IMG/VR virus record: IMGVR_UViG_3300045988_077051
Length of the DNA: 34,635 nt
Strand: one strand, 5' to 3'
DNA from: a virus
Part shown: piece by piece, positions 17,748 through 24,904 of the stretch
How positions within the stretch are numbered: position 1 is the first letter of the stretch
How the letters are laid out: the number at the start of each line of letters is the position of its first letter
The notes under the pieces: model-generated
Seen by the model: only the letters and a program-made list of their open reading frames with translations
Told to the model about the DNA's origin: nothing
Databases searched by the model: none
Translations under genes and position numbers: made by a program

Positions 17748-18293
17748 CTACTCACCCTCTCTTACAGGTGTCATTTGAGCTAAAATACTAGCAATGTTAT
17801 CCAACTTCTCTGCTTTCTTTTCCTCTGCTTCATTATTTACGTCTATCTTGTCAGTATATAAACCATATCTCTTACCAAGAAGCTCAGCTGCTTTATTTGC
17901 ATCTGAAACTCTTGTAGGTATTTCAACTATTTGGGGTATCTCTTCCTTAACTGTTTGCTTTCTCATTGTCCCTTTTTCATCTGGAACATATGTAGATGTT
18001 TCTCTGCTCAAAGTAACTACAACATTTTCTTTATGTTCCCTTCTCATTACTGATGTGAGATACTCCAATACTTCCTGTGCGTCTGCTGTTTTTTCGTTGT
18101 GTAATTCAGCTAACTGCTTTTCTATATATTCTTTAATCTCCGGCTTATTCATAAGCCTGGAAGCAGCTGCAGCCGCAACATTATCATTTTTGACATTTTG
18201 ATATGCCTTTTTGTATGCCATTGTTTTGTTAAAATCTGGATCCGACAAAAGTTCATCACAAAATTTCTGTTCCTTAATTGTCACTGCAACCAC
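17748..18293 (-). CDS. terS: Terminase small subunit (Terminase_2-like)
   Basis: IKEQKFCDELLSDPDFNKTMAYKKAY... matches the terS N-terminal HTH pattern. The true start may be GTG 18284, 8 nt after AAAGGAG. Confidence 0.8.
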   Translation of the reverse strand: MVAVTIKEQKFCDELLSDPDFNKTMAYKKAYQNVKNDNVAAAAASRLMNKPEIKEYIEKQLAELHNEKTADAQEVLEYLTSVMRREHKENVVVTLSRETSTYVPDEKGTMRKQTVKEEIPQIVEIPTRVSDANKAAELLGKRYGLYTDKIDVNNEAEEKKAEKLDNIASILAQMTPVREGE

Positions 18294-18351
18294 TCCTTTC
18301 TGATTTATTCAAAAAAATTATGTATAACTTATTACGCTTTTTATTTATGCA

Positions 18352-18379
18352 TTAAAAAAGCACCCTAATAAGGATGCTC
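18352..18379 (-). terminator. Intrinsic terminator in the terS leader
   Basis: Minus RNA (G)AGCAUCC-UUAUUA-GGGUGCU followed by UUUUUUAAUG. It lies about 60 nt upstream of the terS RBS. Confidence 0.7.
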
Positions 18380-18452
18380 TTTCATTCTTCGATGACTCTA
18401 TAAATACTTAATTTCGGAGGAGGAACTTTAGTTCCCTTTGGGTATTTATCAT

Positions 18453-18482
18453 ATTATAACAATATCATATGTTCAATGTGAA
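18453..18482 (-). promoter_or_regulatory. Sigma-70-type promoter with extended -10 (TTCACA-18-TGTTATAAT)
   Basis: Read on the minus strand: -35 at 18482-18477, TGT at 18461-18459, TATAAT at 18458-18453. It begins 4 nt after the stop of the late-regulator gene. Confidence 0.6.
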
Positions 18483-18485
18483 CTT

Positions 18486-18923
18486 CTATGAACACTTTAA
18501 AAATTTTTCAATTTCTAATAATGCTCTTCCATGTAATTTCAAAATCCATCTGTAACTGTAATCTAATTCACATGCTATCACTTCCCATGTCTTAGACTGG
18601 CAATACCTTTTATATAATATTTCCCTATGGTCTGTATTTTTTAACTTTGAAATCGTTGTCATAATCTCTGCTCTAATCTCAACTAACTTACGAACCTCTG
18701 TATTCCACTCTTCTATTCTTTCCTCGATTGTGCAAATTGTATCTGCCATCTTGTCCTGCGATGTAGAAGATATAACTCTTTCGCCCTGACTGATTGCACT
18801 TGTACTTGTTACAAGTTCCTGCAATGTCTGTATTTCTTCTTGTAGTCTCTTTATTCTATGTTCTGCTCTGCTTACCTGGAGCAAATACTCTTTAGCTTTG
18901 TTTGTTTCTGCCACGTTATCCAT
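18486..18923 (-). CDS. Late-gene transcriptional regulator, sigma-70 region-4-like (DUF1492/ArpU/RinA-superfamily style)
   Basis: N-terminal coiled coil (KEYLLQVSRAEHRIKRLQEEIQTLQEL) plus C-terminal HTH (HREILYKRYCQSKTWEVIACELDYSYRWILKLHGRALLEIEK). It sits at the position immediately upstream of terS. Confidence 0.65.
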   Translation of the reverse strand: MDNVAETNKAKEYLLQVSRAEHRIKRLQEEIQTLQELVTSTSAISQGERVISSTSQDKMADTICTIEERIEEWNTEVRKLVEIRAEIMTTISKLKNTDHREILYKRYCQSKTWEVIACELDYSYRWILKLHGRALLEIEKFLKCS

Positions 18924-18931
18924 CCTTTCTG

Positions 18932-19117
18932 TTAATCATCATCCCACTTGCGCGCATCACGTTCTTTATCATCGTTATAAATTTCATCGAAATTATCAAC
19001 CAAAGTATCTACTGCGTTTTTGAAATCATCATCCAACTCGTCATCTGGATTGAATGCTGGACTGTATGTGTGCAATCCTTTTAGATTGCAATATTCGCGT
19101 TTAGTCACTTTCTCCAC
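18932..19117 (-). CDS. Hypothetical small acidic protein
   Basis: 61-aa ORF in the same-strand string. No recognisable motif. Confidence 0.45.
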   Translation of the reverse strand: MEKVTKREYCNLKGLHTYSPAFNPDDELDDDFKNAVDTLVDNFDEIYNDDKERDARKWDDD

Positions 19118-19496
19118 CTGCCTTTAACTGTTCTTCTAAACAATATTTCAATGCAGCCATAACTGTATAGTCAAGAATATTTATATCCTGCGGTTTATGT
19201 TCTTTTCTGTAATTAAATTTGAATATCTCACTTTGTATCGCACTCTGTAATTTCAATGGTTCTAACGGATTATCAATATCATCAAGATACTGCATTTCCA
19301 TTCTTTCTTTGTATTCTCTTAAAGATTTCAGTTCTTCCAGCCACTCTGCAATCTGTTCGTATTCTTCGGCACGTCTTTTACACTGTTGGGGATAGTAATG
19401 ATTATCCTTATCATAATGGTTTTCGTATTCCGCCATTTTCATCTTTGCTTCTTCTCTTGCGTGTGCTATTGCTTCATCAATCGTCATTCTTCCCAC
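19101..19496 (-). CDS. Hypothetical protein
   Basis: 131-aa helical, charged ORF that overlaps its neighbours in operon style. Confidence 0.55.
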   Translation of the reverse strand: MGRMTIDEAIAHAREEAKMKMAEYENHYDKDNHYYPQQCKRRAEEYEQIAEWLEELKSLREYKERMEMQYLDDIDNPLEPLKLQSAIQSEIFKFNYRKEHKPQDINILDYTVMAALKYCLEEQLKAGGESD

Positions 19497-19746
19497 CGCC
19501 TTTCACGATTTCTATTGCATCCTCTAAACCTGAATCATAAAATATTTCTTGAATTGTGCCTCCAAATCCTTTATTATTTTGTTTTTTACCTAGTTGTTCC
19601 ACAACCTTATCCACGTCATAGGCTGTTGGCTGATTTTTTATAAATTCATCAATTCCCATAAATTCATAATCTTCTCTTAAATCGCAATCGCCTTCTAGCG
19701 ATTCGTGTAATACTTCAATTAACTTATCCGCATCTATTAATCTCAT
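19477..19746 (-). CDS. Hypothetical protein
   Basis: 89-aa ORF (MRLIDADKLIEVL...) with GCGAGGATTAAGA upstream of the ATG. Confidence 0.55.
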   Translation of the reverse strand: MRLIDADKLIEVLHESLEGDCDLREDYEFMGIDEFIKNQPTAYDVDKVVEQLGKKQNNKGFGGTIQEIFYDSGLEDAIEIVKGGGKNDD

Positions 19747-19779
19747 TCTTAATCCTCGCTATCTTTCTATTTCTCTCAC

Positions 19780-19797
19780 CTTAACATTTCTTAACAT
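19780..19797. repeat. 18-mer cttaacatttcttaacat, copy 1 (tandem 10-bp unit ttaacatttc x2)
   Basis: Identical 18-mer at 20522-20539. Here it lies between a terminator and the next gene start. Confidence 0.9.
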
Positions 19798-19802
19798 TTC
19801 AC

Positions 19803-19838
19803 ATAAAAAAACTACCAACCAAATAATGGCTGATAGTT
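19803..19838 (-). terminator. Intrinsic terminator after the RHH gene
   Basis: Minus RNA AACUAUCAGCC-AUUAUUU-GGUUGGUAGUU (11 bp, two G-U) followed by UUUUUUUAUG. On the plus strand the stem has A-C mismatches, so it is strand-specific. Confidence 0.75.
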
Positions 19839-19845
19839 TTCTTTT

Positions 19846-20040
19846 TTACTTATTCTGTTCAATAAATTCCGTCATCATCTTTGTAAGCTGGCTTGCTTTA
19901 CTCACTCCCAGCTTGTCACAGGTTTCTGCAAATGCATCTGCAACATCCTTTTTTAGCTTATATGTCTTTGCAACATACCCAGCTTTTGCATTCCACTTCT
20001 GGGATGCAATCGTCTGACTATTTGGCTCTCCCTTAGGCAT
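19846..20040 (-). CDS. Ribbon-helix-helix (CopG/Arc-like) DNA-binding protein
   Basis: 64 aa, ...GYVAKTYKLKKDVADAFAETCDKLGVSKASQLTKMMTEFIEQNK fits a beta-strand/helix/helix pattern. Its RBS AAAGGAG lies in the last codons of the upstream ORF. Confidence 0.5.
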   Translation of the reverse strand: MPKGEPNSQTIASQKWNAKAGYVAKTYKLKKDVADAFAETCDKLGVSKASQLTKMMTEFIEQNK

Positions 20041-20041
20041 C

Positions 20042-20209
20042 TTATTGTTCTCCTTTTCTTATCTTATATTCCAATGCAATAATTAAAATTATGCTTATGA
20101 TGTTCGCCACAATTCCTATTCCTGAAATTACGTCAATCCCATTGTTGATAACCATATATGCTAATACTGCAAAGGATGTAATGTTTGTTACAAATAAACT
20201 CTTCTTCAT
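20042..20209 (-). CDS. Small membrane protein (55 aa, two hydrophobic segments)
   Basis: Hand translation MKKSLFVTNITSFAVLAYMVINNGIDVISGIGIVANIISIILIIALEYKIRKGEQ*. The stop is 1 nt before the RHH ATG. No obvious RBS. Confidence 0.45.
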   Translation of the reverse strand: MKKSLFVTNITSFAVLAYMVINNGIDVISGIGIVANIISIILIIALEYKIRKGEQ

Positions 20210-20230
20210 AGACTTTTTTTGAAAAATGGT

Positions 20231-20266
20231 TTAAAATAAACGGTGAGTAGTGGGATTTACCCACCG
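20231..20266 (-). terminator. Weak or possible terminator after the 36-aa peptide gene
   Basis: Minus RNA CGGUG...GUGGG-UAAAU-CCCAC...CACCG followed by UUUAUUUU. Short alternative stems. Confidence 0.35.
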
Positions 20267-20277
20267 CTTATTAACAC

Positions 20278-20388
20278 TTATTTAAAGAATGTCGAATATA
20301 TCAGACACACCGTTGTGATAATGGCTTGGGCAATACCTATTATCACTTGGACTTCTTTTAATAAGTGTTTTTTCTTTTTCTTATCCAT
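20278..20388 (-). CDS. 36-aa lysine-rich single-TM peptide
   Basis: Hand translation MDKKKKKHLLKEVQVIIGIAQAIITTVCLIYSTFFK*, with strong RBS GGAGGTAGAGAAAA. It lies about 24 nt downstream of a consensus promoter. Confidence 0.55.
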   Translation of the reverse strand: MDKKKKKHLLKEVQVIIGIAQAIITTVCLIYSTFFK

Positions 20389-20418
20389 TTTTCTCTACCT
20401 CCTTCATTTGATATATTT

Positions 20419-20447
20419 ATTATATCATAGTGTACACACTATGTCAA
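20419..20447 (-). promoter_or_regulatory. Perfect consensus sigma-70 promoter TTGACA-17-TATAAT with embedded inverted repeat
   Basis: Minus strand TTGACA (20447-20442), 17-nt spacer tagtgtgtacactatga, TATAAT (20424-20419). Inverted repeat CATAGTG-nnnn-CACTATG occupies 20426-20443. Confidence 0.75.
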
Positions 20448-20521
20448 CACTTTTTATCAAATAAAATAAGTTTTTTTGAATTTTATCAGCCAATATTTAG
20501 TTTTCAATGTACATTTTGTTT

Positions 20522-20539
20522 CTTAACATTTCTTAACAT
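20522..20539. repeat. 18-mer cttaacatttcttaacat, copy 2
   Basis: Identical to 19780-19797. It abuts the stop codon of ORF 20540..20884, about 75 bp upstream of the consensus promoter -35. Confidence 0.9.
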
Positions 20540-20884
20540 CTATTCATTCTGCCTTATGAATGTATCAATACCACATTCTTCTTTTAAAATTGCTATCTGA
20601 TCATCCCAGCAGCTCCAATCAGGATTCATAATACATTCTGTTTTATTGTTGAATATTTCTCTAAACTCTAACAGTCTTTTTTTACCAAATCCAAATCCGT
20701 CCCTTAAAGATACCATTGCCAGGATTCCCACACTGTCTACTGTCTGATTTTTCATTCCATCACACCATTCTTCAACATCTTTTTCTTTAATAGCAACTGG
20801 AAGTTTTGTAATGTTTCTTAATCGTAATTCCTTTTCCAGTCCATCAATTCCTCTTTCTTTAGCAATCTTAAAGGCATAAGCCAT
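20540..20884 (-). CDS. Hypothetical protein
   Basis: 114-aa ORF in the same-strand early string. No motif recognised. Confidence 0.55.
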   Translation of the reverse strand: MAYAFKIAKERGIDGLEKELRLRNITKLPVAIKEKDVEEWCDGMKNQTVDSVGILAMVSLRDGFGFGKKRLLEFREIFNNKTECIMNPDWSCWDDQIAILKEECGIDTFIRQNE

Positions 20885-20913
20885 TCCTTAACGCCTTGCC
20901 TGCTCTTCTTTAT

Positions 20914-21360
20914 TCATCCTTGCCATTTAAGTCTCCCTTCACTATCAAACACATCATTTATATCCATCTGTCCTTCAAGTTCATTCTTTTCCTGCATTGG
21001 CGGTAATTCGTAGTTTTCCGGTACTTCTACTGTAATCTCTATAGCTTCAAATGAATCTGAATTAGTCGGATGCCAATGTTTTCTGGTCATCTGCCATGCA
21101 TATACTTCCATTTTTAATATTTTCTTTGGAATGTTCTTTAATATAACATCGTGGTATACATGGTCATTTTCAAATCTGTTTATCTTTTCTGCTATAAACT
21201 CAACTTTATAATCCTGATGTGCTTCATGTTCGCGCAGTTTCGCATCTCTCCATGCTCCATCTCCTATGTAATATTTGGCTTTAAGTCTGCCGTTTGACCT
21301 AACTTCAACTTCTATTTCAGCAATGCAGAAATTTAATTCCACCAATTCTTTTATTGTCAC
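20914..21360 (-). CDS. Hypothetical protein
   Basis: 148-aa ORF with a GTG start after GAGGAGGTGAACAATA. Confidence 0.55.
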   Translation of the reverse strand: MTIKELVELNFCIAEIEVEVRSNGRLKAKYYIGDGAWRDAKLREHEAHQDYKVEFIAEKINRFENDHVYHDVILKNIPKKILKMEVYAWQMTRKHWHPTNSDSFEAIEITVEVPENYELPPMQEKNELEGQMDINDVFDSEGRLKWQG

Positions 21361-21374
21361 TATTGTTCACCTCC

Positions 21375-22874
21375 TCAAATAAATGCTAACTGTTCTTTTG
21401 ATTCATCTATTCTCATATTCGGCATTCGCTTTCCAACACACAATTCTGGCAAATTGGCTTTTACAATTGCTTGTGCAAATGGTGGTGGAACTGCATTACC
21501 GCATCTTTTTACTTGTTCTGTTCGGCTATATGTCTTTCCCTCAAAATCGTGGTCAATAATGTAATCATCCGGGAATCCTTGACATCCGTATAACTCTTTA
21601 GGCTCCAGCATTCTCAATCCAATATCCACAATTTGATATTCAACACCTTCAATGGTTACTAGTCCGAATCTGTCTTTTGATGTAATTGTGTCCAATGGCG
21701 CTTTTATGTCTTGTCCTGTTCCTTCACCATAATACTTAATCAGAAACGCTCTTACTTCTCCAAAATGCCCAGCTGATGTTGTAATTGTGTGTAGAGGTTC
21801 TCTTATATCTTGACCTGTACCTGATTTATAAAACTTACTCAAAAAGGAAGTTACAAGACCATATCTATTGCTTCCGTCAACTGTCATCAATGGCTCTTTT
21901 ATCATCTGCCCTCTCACATCATCTTTACTCGTCTCTGAATGATACTGAATTAATGCTGGAGCACATAAATAATGTTTTCCACTTGATACTATTGTTGGAA
22001 GGGGTTCTCTTATGTCATGTATTCTTGGTGCTTGTCCTTGTCTTTCGCCGTATCCTATAGGTACTATGAACGGTTCCTGATTATCAATTACAAATTTCTT
22101 TATTCCTCTTGCTATTCTCTGCATTGTTTTATCGGCAAGCGGTCTTACAGCTCTGATGCCATACTTTTCCTTTATCTCTGCCGATGTATCAAAAATGCTT
22201 GGGCAAGGAATACTAAAGTCAAGTTTTGTATATGCTCCAACATAAGGTTTTACAAGTCCAGCCTTAACCTCTTCACTGTTCAAAGGTCCATGTGTATGTT
22301 TTGGCCATTTAATTGGCTTTCCATCACATCTTGCTATCATAAAGAATCTTTTCCTTTTTGTAGGTGCTCCATAGTCAGCAGCTACAAGTTCATTAAATTC
22401 AACATCATATCCTAACTCTTTGAACTGTTTTACAAATTTCTTAAATGTAACACCTTGTTTATTTTTAATTGGTCTATGGCTTCGGTTAAGTGGTCCCCAT
22501 GTCTTAAATTCTTCAACATTTTCTAGGATGATAACTCTAGGCCTAACTAATCCTGCCCATCTTAATGCAACCCAAGCAAGACCTCTTATCGCTTTATCCT
22601 TAGGTTTTCCACCTTTTGCCTTACTGAAATGTTTGCAATCAGGACTAAACCATGCTAATCCAACCGGATGTCCCTTACATGCTTGTATTGGGTCAACGTC
22701 CCATACCGATTCACAATAATGTTTTGTGCTTGGATGATTTGCTTTATGCATCCTTATTGCTTCCGGATCATGATTGATTGCTATATCAACACTATATCCG
22801 GTAGCCATTTCTATTCCTGTAGATGCTCCGCCACCTCCGGCAAAGTTATCCACAATCAATTCACCTTTTATCAT
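21375..22874 (-). CDS. DNA (cytosine-5)-methyltransferase with four tandem TRD-like modules
   Basis: Motif I DNFAGGGG, motif IV FSPDCKHFS, motif VI ILENV, QGFPDDY, and motif X CGNAVPPP. The variable region contains four ~35-aa repeats of the form ...I(R/K)(E/A)PL.T(I/V)....(R/H)(Y/F)(G/L).... Confidence 0.9.
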   Translation of the reverse strand: MIKGELIVDNFAGGGGASTGIEMATGYSVDIAINHDPEAIRMHKANHPSTKHYCESVWDVDPIQACKGHPVGLAWFSPDCKHFSKAKGGKPKDKAIRGLAWVALRWAGLVRPRVIILENVEEFKTWGPLNRSHRPIKNKQGVTFKKFVKQFKELGYDVEFNELVAADYGAPTKRKRFFMIARCDGKPIKWPKHTHGPLNSEEVKAGLVKPYVGAYTKLDFSIPCPSIFDTSAEIKEKYGIRAVRPLADKTMQRIARGIKKFVIDNQEPFIVPIGYGERQGQAPRIHDIREPLPTIVSSGKHYLCAPALIQYHSETSKDDVRGQMIKEPLMTVDGSNRYGLVTSFLSKFYKSGTGQDIREPLHTITTSAGHFGEVRAFLIKYYGEGTGQDIKAPLDTITSKDRFGLVTIEGVEYQIVDIGLRMLEPKELYGCQGFPDDYIIDHDFEGKTYSRTEQVKRCGNAVPPPFAQAIVKANLPELCVGKRMPNMRIDESKEQLAFI

Positions 22875-22935
22875 TTCTCTCCAGGAACCGATATATCATT
22901 ACTCTGGCCAGAGTTCCGCTCCTTTCGATTATTTT

Positions 22936-23469
22936 TTATTCTTCAAACTGATAGTTATATCCATCTAATGCAAATGGTTTCTTTATTCTGTTATGGCATC
23001 TGTCTGCTATCGTCTGATAAGACATGTTATTTCTAATGCCTGCTTCTCTTACACTTACATATGTTTCTACAATCCTTCCTGCTTCATCTATCTTTATTAC
23101 TGGTTTTCTTTTACCTGACATTCTCGCAGTAAGTTTCCCTAATTCCTCTCTTGTTATGAATCCTATGTTGTCTCTATGATTGTTCCAAATACTTAGGTCC
23201 TTATGGTATGGTACTTTTCCTTTCGGAATTTCATTGACAAATGTATTAACCAATAATTTGAAAACTGTGTAGTCCTTTGATTTTCCATCAATAGTGATTT
23301 TCACAAATAAATTTCTTTTGTTCTTTCTCCTAAATGGTGTTAACATTTTTTTCTTACCGTTCTTGAATGTTTTTCTTACTTTTCCATCTATGCTGATTTC
23401 ATATTGGTTATTTCCCGGTAAATTAATTAAATGCCAATAATTTGCAGGTTCATTAACTCTTACATCCAT
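22936..23469 (-). CDS. HNH homing endonuclease (NUMOD4 + HNH_3 + NUMOD1/IENR1-like)
   Basis: WHLINLPGNNQYEISIDGKV (NUMOD4), YHKDLSIWNNHRDNIGF (HNH-type), and a C-terminal VIKIDEAGRIVETYVSVREAG helix-turn-helix-like module. Confidence 0.75.
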   Translation of the reverse strand: MDVRVNEPANYWHLINLPGNNQYEISIDGKVRKTFKNGKKKMLTPFRRKNKRNLFVKITIDGKSKDYTVFKLLVNTFVNEIPKGKVPYHKDLSIWNNHRDNIGFITREELGKLTARMSGKRKPVIKIDEAGRIVETYVSVREAGIRNNMSYQTIADRCHNRIKKPFALDGYNYQFEE

Positions 23470-23638
23470 TTAACTCTTCCAATCTCTTCTGTAACTGCTC
23501 TCTTTCAAGCGTAATTGCTCTTACTTCTTCCCTCTGTTCATCTGTCATATAATCAGCACAGATTAGAAACATCTCCCTTCCGTCTATCTGTCTGATTCTG
23601 TATTCAATCTGTTCTTTTGTCATTTTGTTTATATCCAT
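23453..23638 (-). CDS. Hypothetical small protein
   Basis: 61-aa charged helical ORF. Confidence 0.45.
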   Translation of the reverse strand: MDINKMTKEQIEYRIRQIDGREMFLICADYMTDEQREEVRAITLEREQLQKRLEELNGCKS

Positions 23639-23640
23639 AT

Positions 23641-24453
23641 CTATCTCCTCATTAATAATTTACGTTCAAGTGATTCCATATCATCTTTGCTATAATTTCG
23701 TTCAGTAAAGTTTGCTTTGCTCTGCTCCGGCTTCTTTTTGTCCGACTTATAAAAATTCATCCAACCTTTTGATGTTGCTTCTTTAACTATTTCTACAAGT
23801 TCATCATCACTACAGCCTTTATCTTTAAAAGTATTAAGCTGCTCAATGAGATTAACAATCTTGCTTCCCGGTACTGGTGCAGACCTTTCTCTCATGGCGA
23901 GATATGCTGCAAATGCATCATTCACTTTTTCTGAATCGAAATATGTATTTACTTTACTTTTGTTTACTTTACTTTCCTTTACTTTACTTGTTGAATTTCT
24001 GCATACATTTTTTTCATTTCTGCATACATTTTTTTCAATTATGTTTACATTTCCCTTAAAATTGGCAACACTAACTAAAAGGTACTCGTCTATAACTTCA
24101 ATTTCTGTTCTTCTTTTAACAACATCAAAATACTGTCTTTGTATTCTCTCCGATGTTAAAATGGCATATTCATTGAACATACTCTCGTTAAAAATACCTA
24201 TCTTAATAGCATGATTCACTACCTGGTTTATTAAATTTAAATCCACACCGCTGTTCCCACCGAACCATTGCGACAAAAACAGAAGTGGGCTTCTTTCTAT
24301 CCATTCACAGTAATACCCCTTATCTGAATATATCTTCTGCCAGAGTTTGACTATTACAGCAAATCCTTTTATGCCATAAGCTGCTTCAATTTCAGCCATA
24401 TTATCGTTAGTGTGGCAATCTAATAGGAAACTCTCTATTCCTACTTTTGCCAT
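23641..24453 (-). CDS. Replisome organiser / DUF4373 (Lin1244/Lin1753-like) replication protein
   Basis: N-terminus FLLDCHTNDNMAEIEAAYGIKGFAVIVKLWQKIY... is typical of DUF4373. Direct DNA repeats are embedded in the central linker. Confidence 0.7.
   Translation of the reverse strand: MAKVGIESFLLDCHTNDNMAEIEAAYGIKGFAVIVKLWQKIYSDKGYYCEWIERSPLLFLSQWFGGNSGVDLNLINQVVNHAIKIGIFNESMFNEYAILTSERIQRQYFDVVKRRTEIEVIDEYLLVSVANFKGNVNIIEKNVCRNEKNVCRNSTSKVKESKVNKSKVNTYFDSEKVNDAFAAYLAMRERSAPVPGSKIVNLIEQLNTFKDKGCSDDELVEIVKEATSKGWMNFYKSDKKKPEQSKANFTERNYSKDDMESLERKLLMRR
23948..24037. repeat. Iteron-like direct repeats (3 x tttactttactt at 15-bp period; 2 x atttctgcatacatttttttca at 21-bp period)
   Basis: 12-mers at 23948, 23963 and 23978. 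22-mers at 23995-24016 and 24016-24037. They encode KVKESKVNKSKVN and NVCRNEKNVCRN in the organiser gene. Confidence 0.85.
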
Positions 24454-24458
24454 GTCAT

Positions 24459-24794
24459 TTAATCGTCTCCTTGTCTTCCTGCTTCATACTCTCTGTATAT
24501 CTGCATCCAATCATCAAATGTCATTGTGACAAGAATTTCAGCATTATTCTTCTTATGAAAAACTGCTGGCAATTCGTTTTTGTTTGCATCTGATTTTGCT
24601 TGAGCCATCCAGTCATACAGTTTCATCTTTTCACAATGTTTTGCCTCAATATGTATTCCCGGAAGTCCGACAACATCCGCATCTCCATTTGCTCCACAAT
24701 ACTGTTGCCCTCGTCTTGCTTTATATCCGTAATCTCTGATGTGTCCTGCAAGTTGTCTTTCAAAACGTGCTCCTTTTTGTTTTGAATTAACCAC
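24459..24794 (-). CDS. PD-(D/E)xK Holliday-junction resolvase-like nuclease
   Basis: KGARFERQLAGHI...DADVVGLPGIHIEAKHCEK (D...E-x-K). GTG start after AAAGGAGACAAG. Confidence 0.6.
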   Translation of the reverse strand: MVNSKQKGARFERQLAGHIRDYGYKARRGQQYCGANGDADVVGLPGIHIEAKHCEKMKLYDWMAQAKSDANKNELPAVFHKKNNAEILVTMTFDDWMQIYREYEAGRQGDD

Positions 24795-24904
24795 CTTGTC
24801 TCCTTTCTGCCTGCCACCATATGTAGCAGGCGCTAATTACATAAACATAGTTAATTAATTTCGTGATATATATTTGTTATCAGATATGTATGTTGGCATA
24901 TCAA

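Noticed and set aside
20243-20464. Plus-strand ORF 20243..20464 (73 aa)
   Set aside because: It is antisense to the 36-aa peptide gene and its consensus promoter. It has no RBS and runs through promoter and terminator elements of the other strand.
24623-24820. Minus-strand ORF 24623..24820 and ORF 8724..8906
   Set aside because: These are alternative frames overlapping the resolvase-like and head-tail genes, which have the better motifs, RBSs and operon packing.
24809-24831. 9-bp stem hairpin (GCCUGCUAC-AUAUG-GUGGCAGGC on the minus strand) in the 110-nt gap upstream of the resolvase gene, considered as a terminator
   Set aside because: It is followed by the RBS rather than a U-tract. At most it is an RNA stabiliser or processing site, and the evidence is not sufficient to call a feature.
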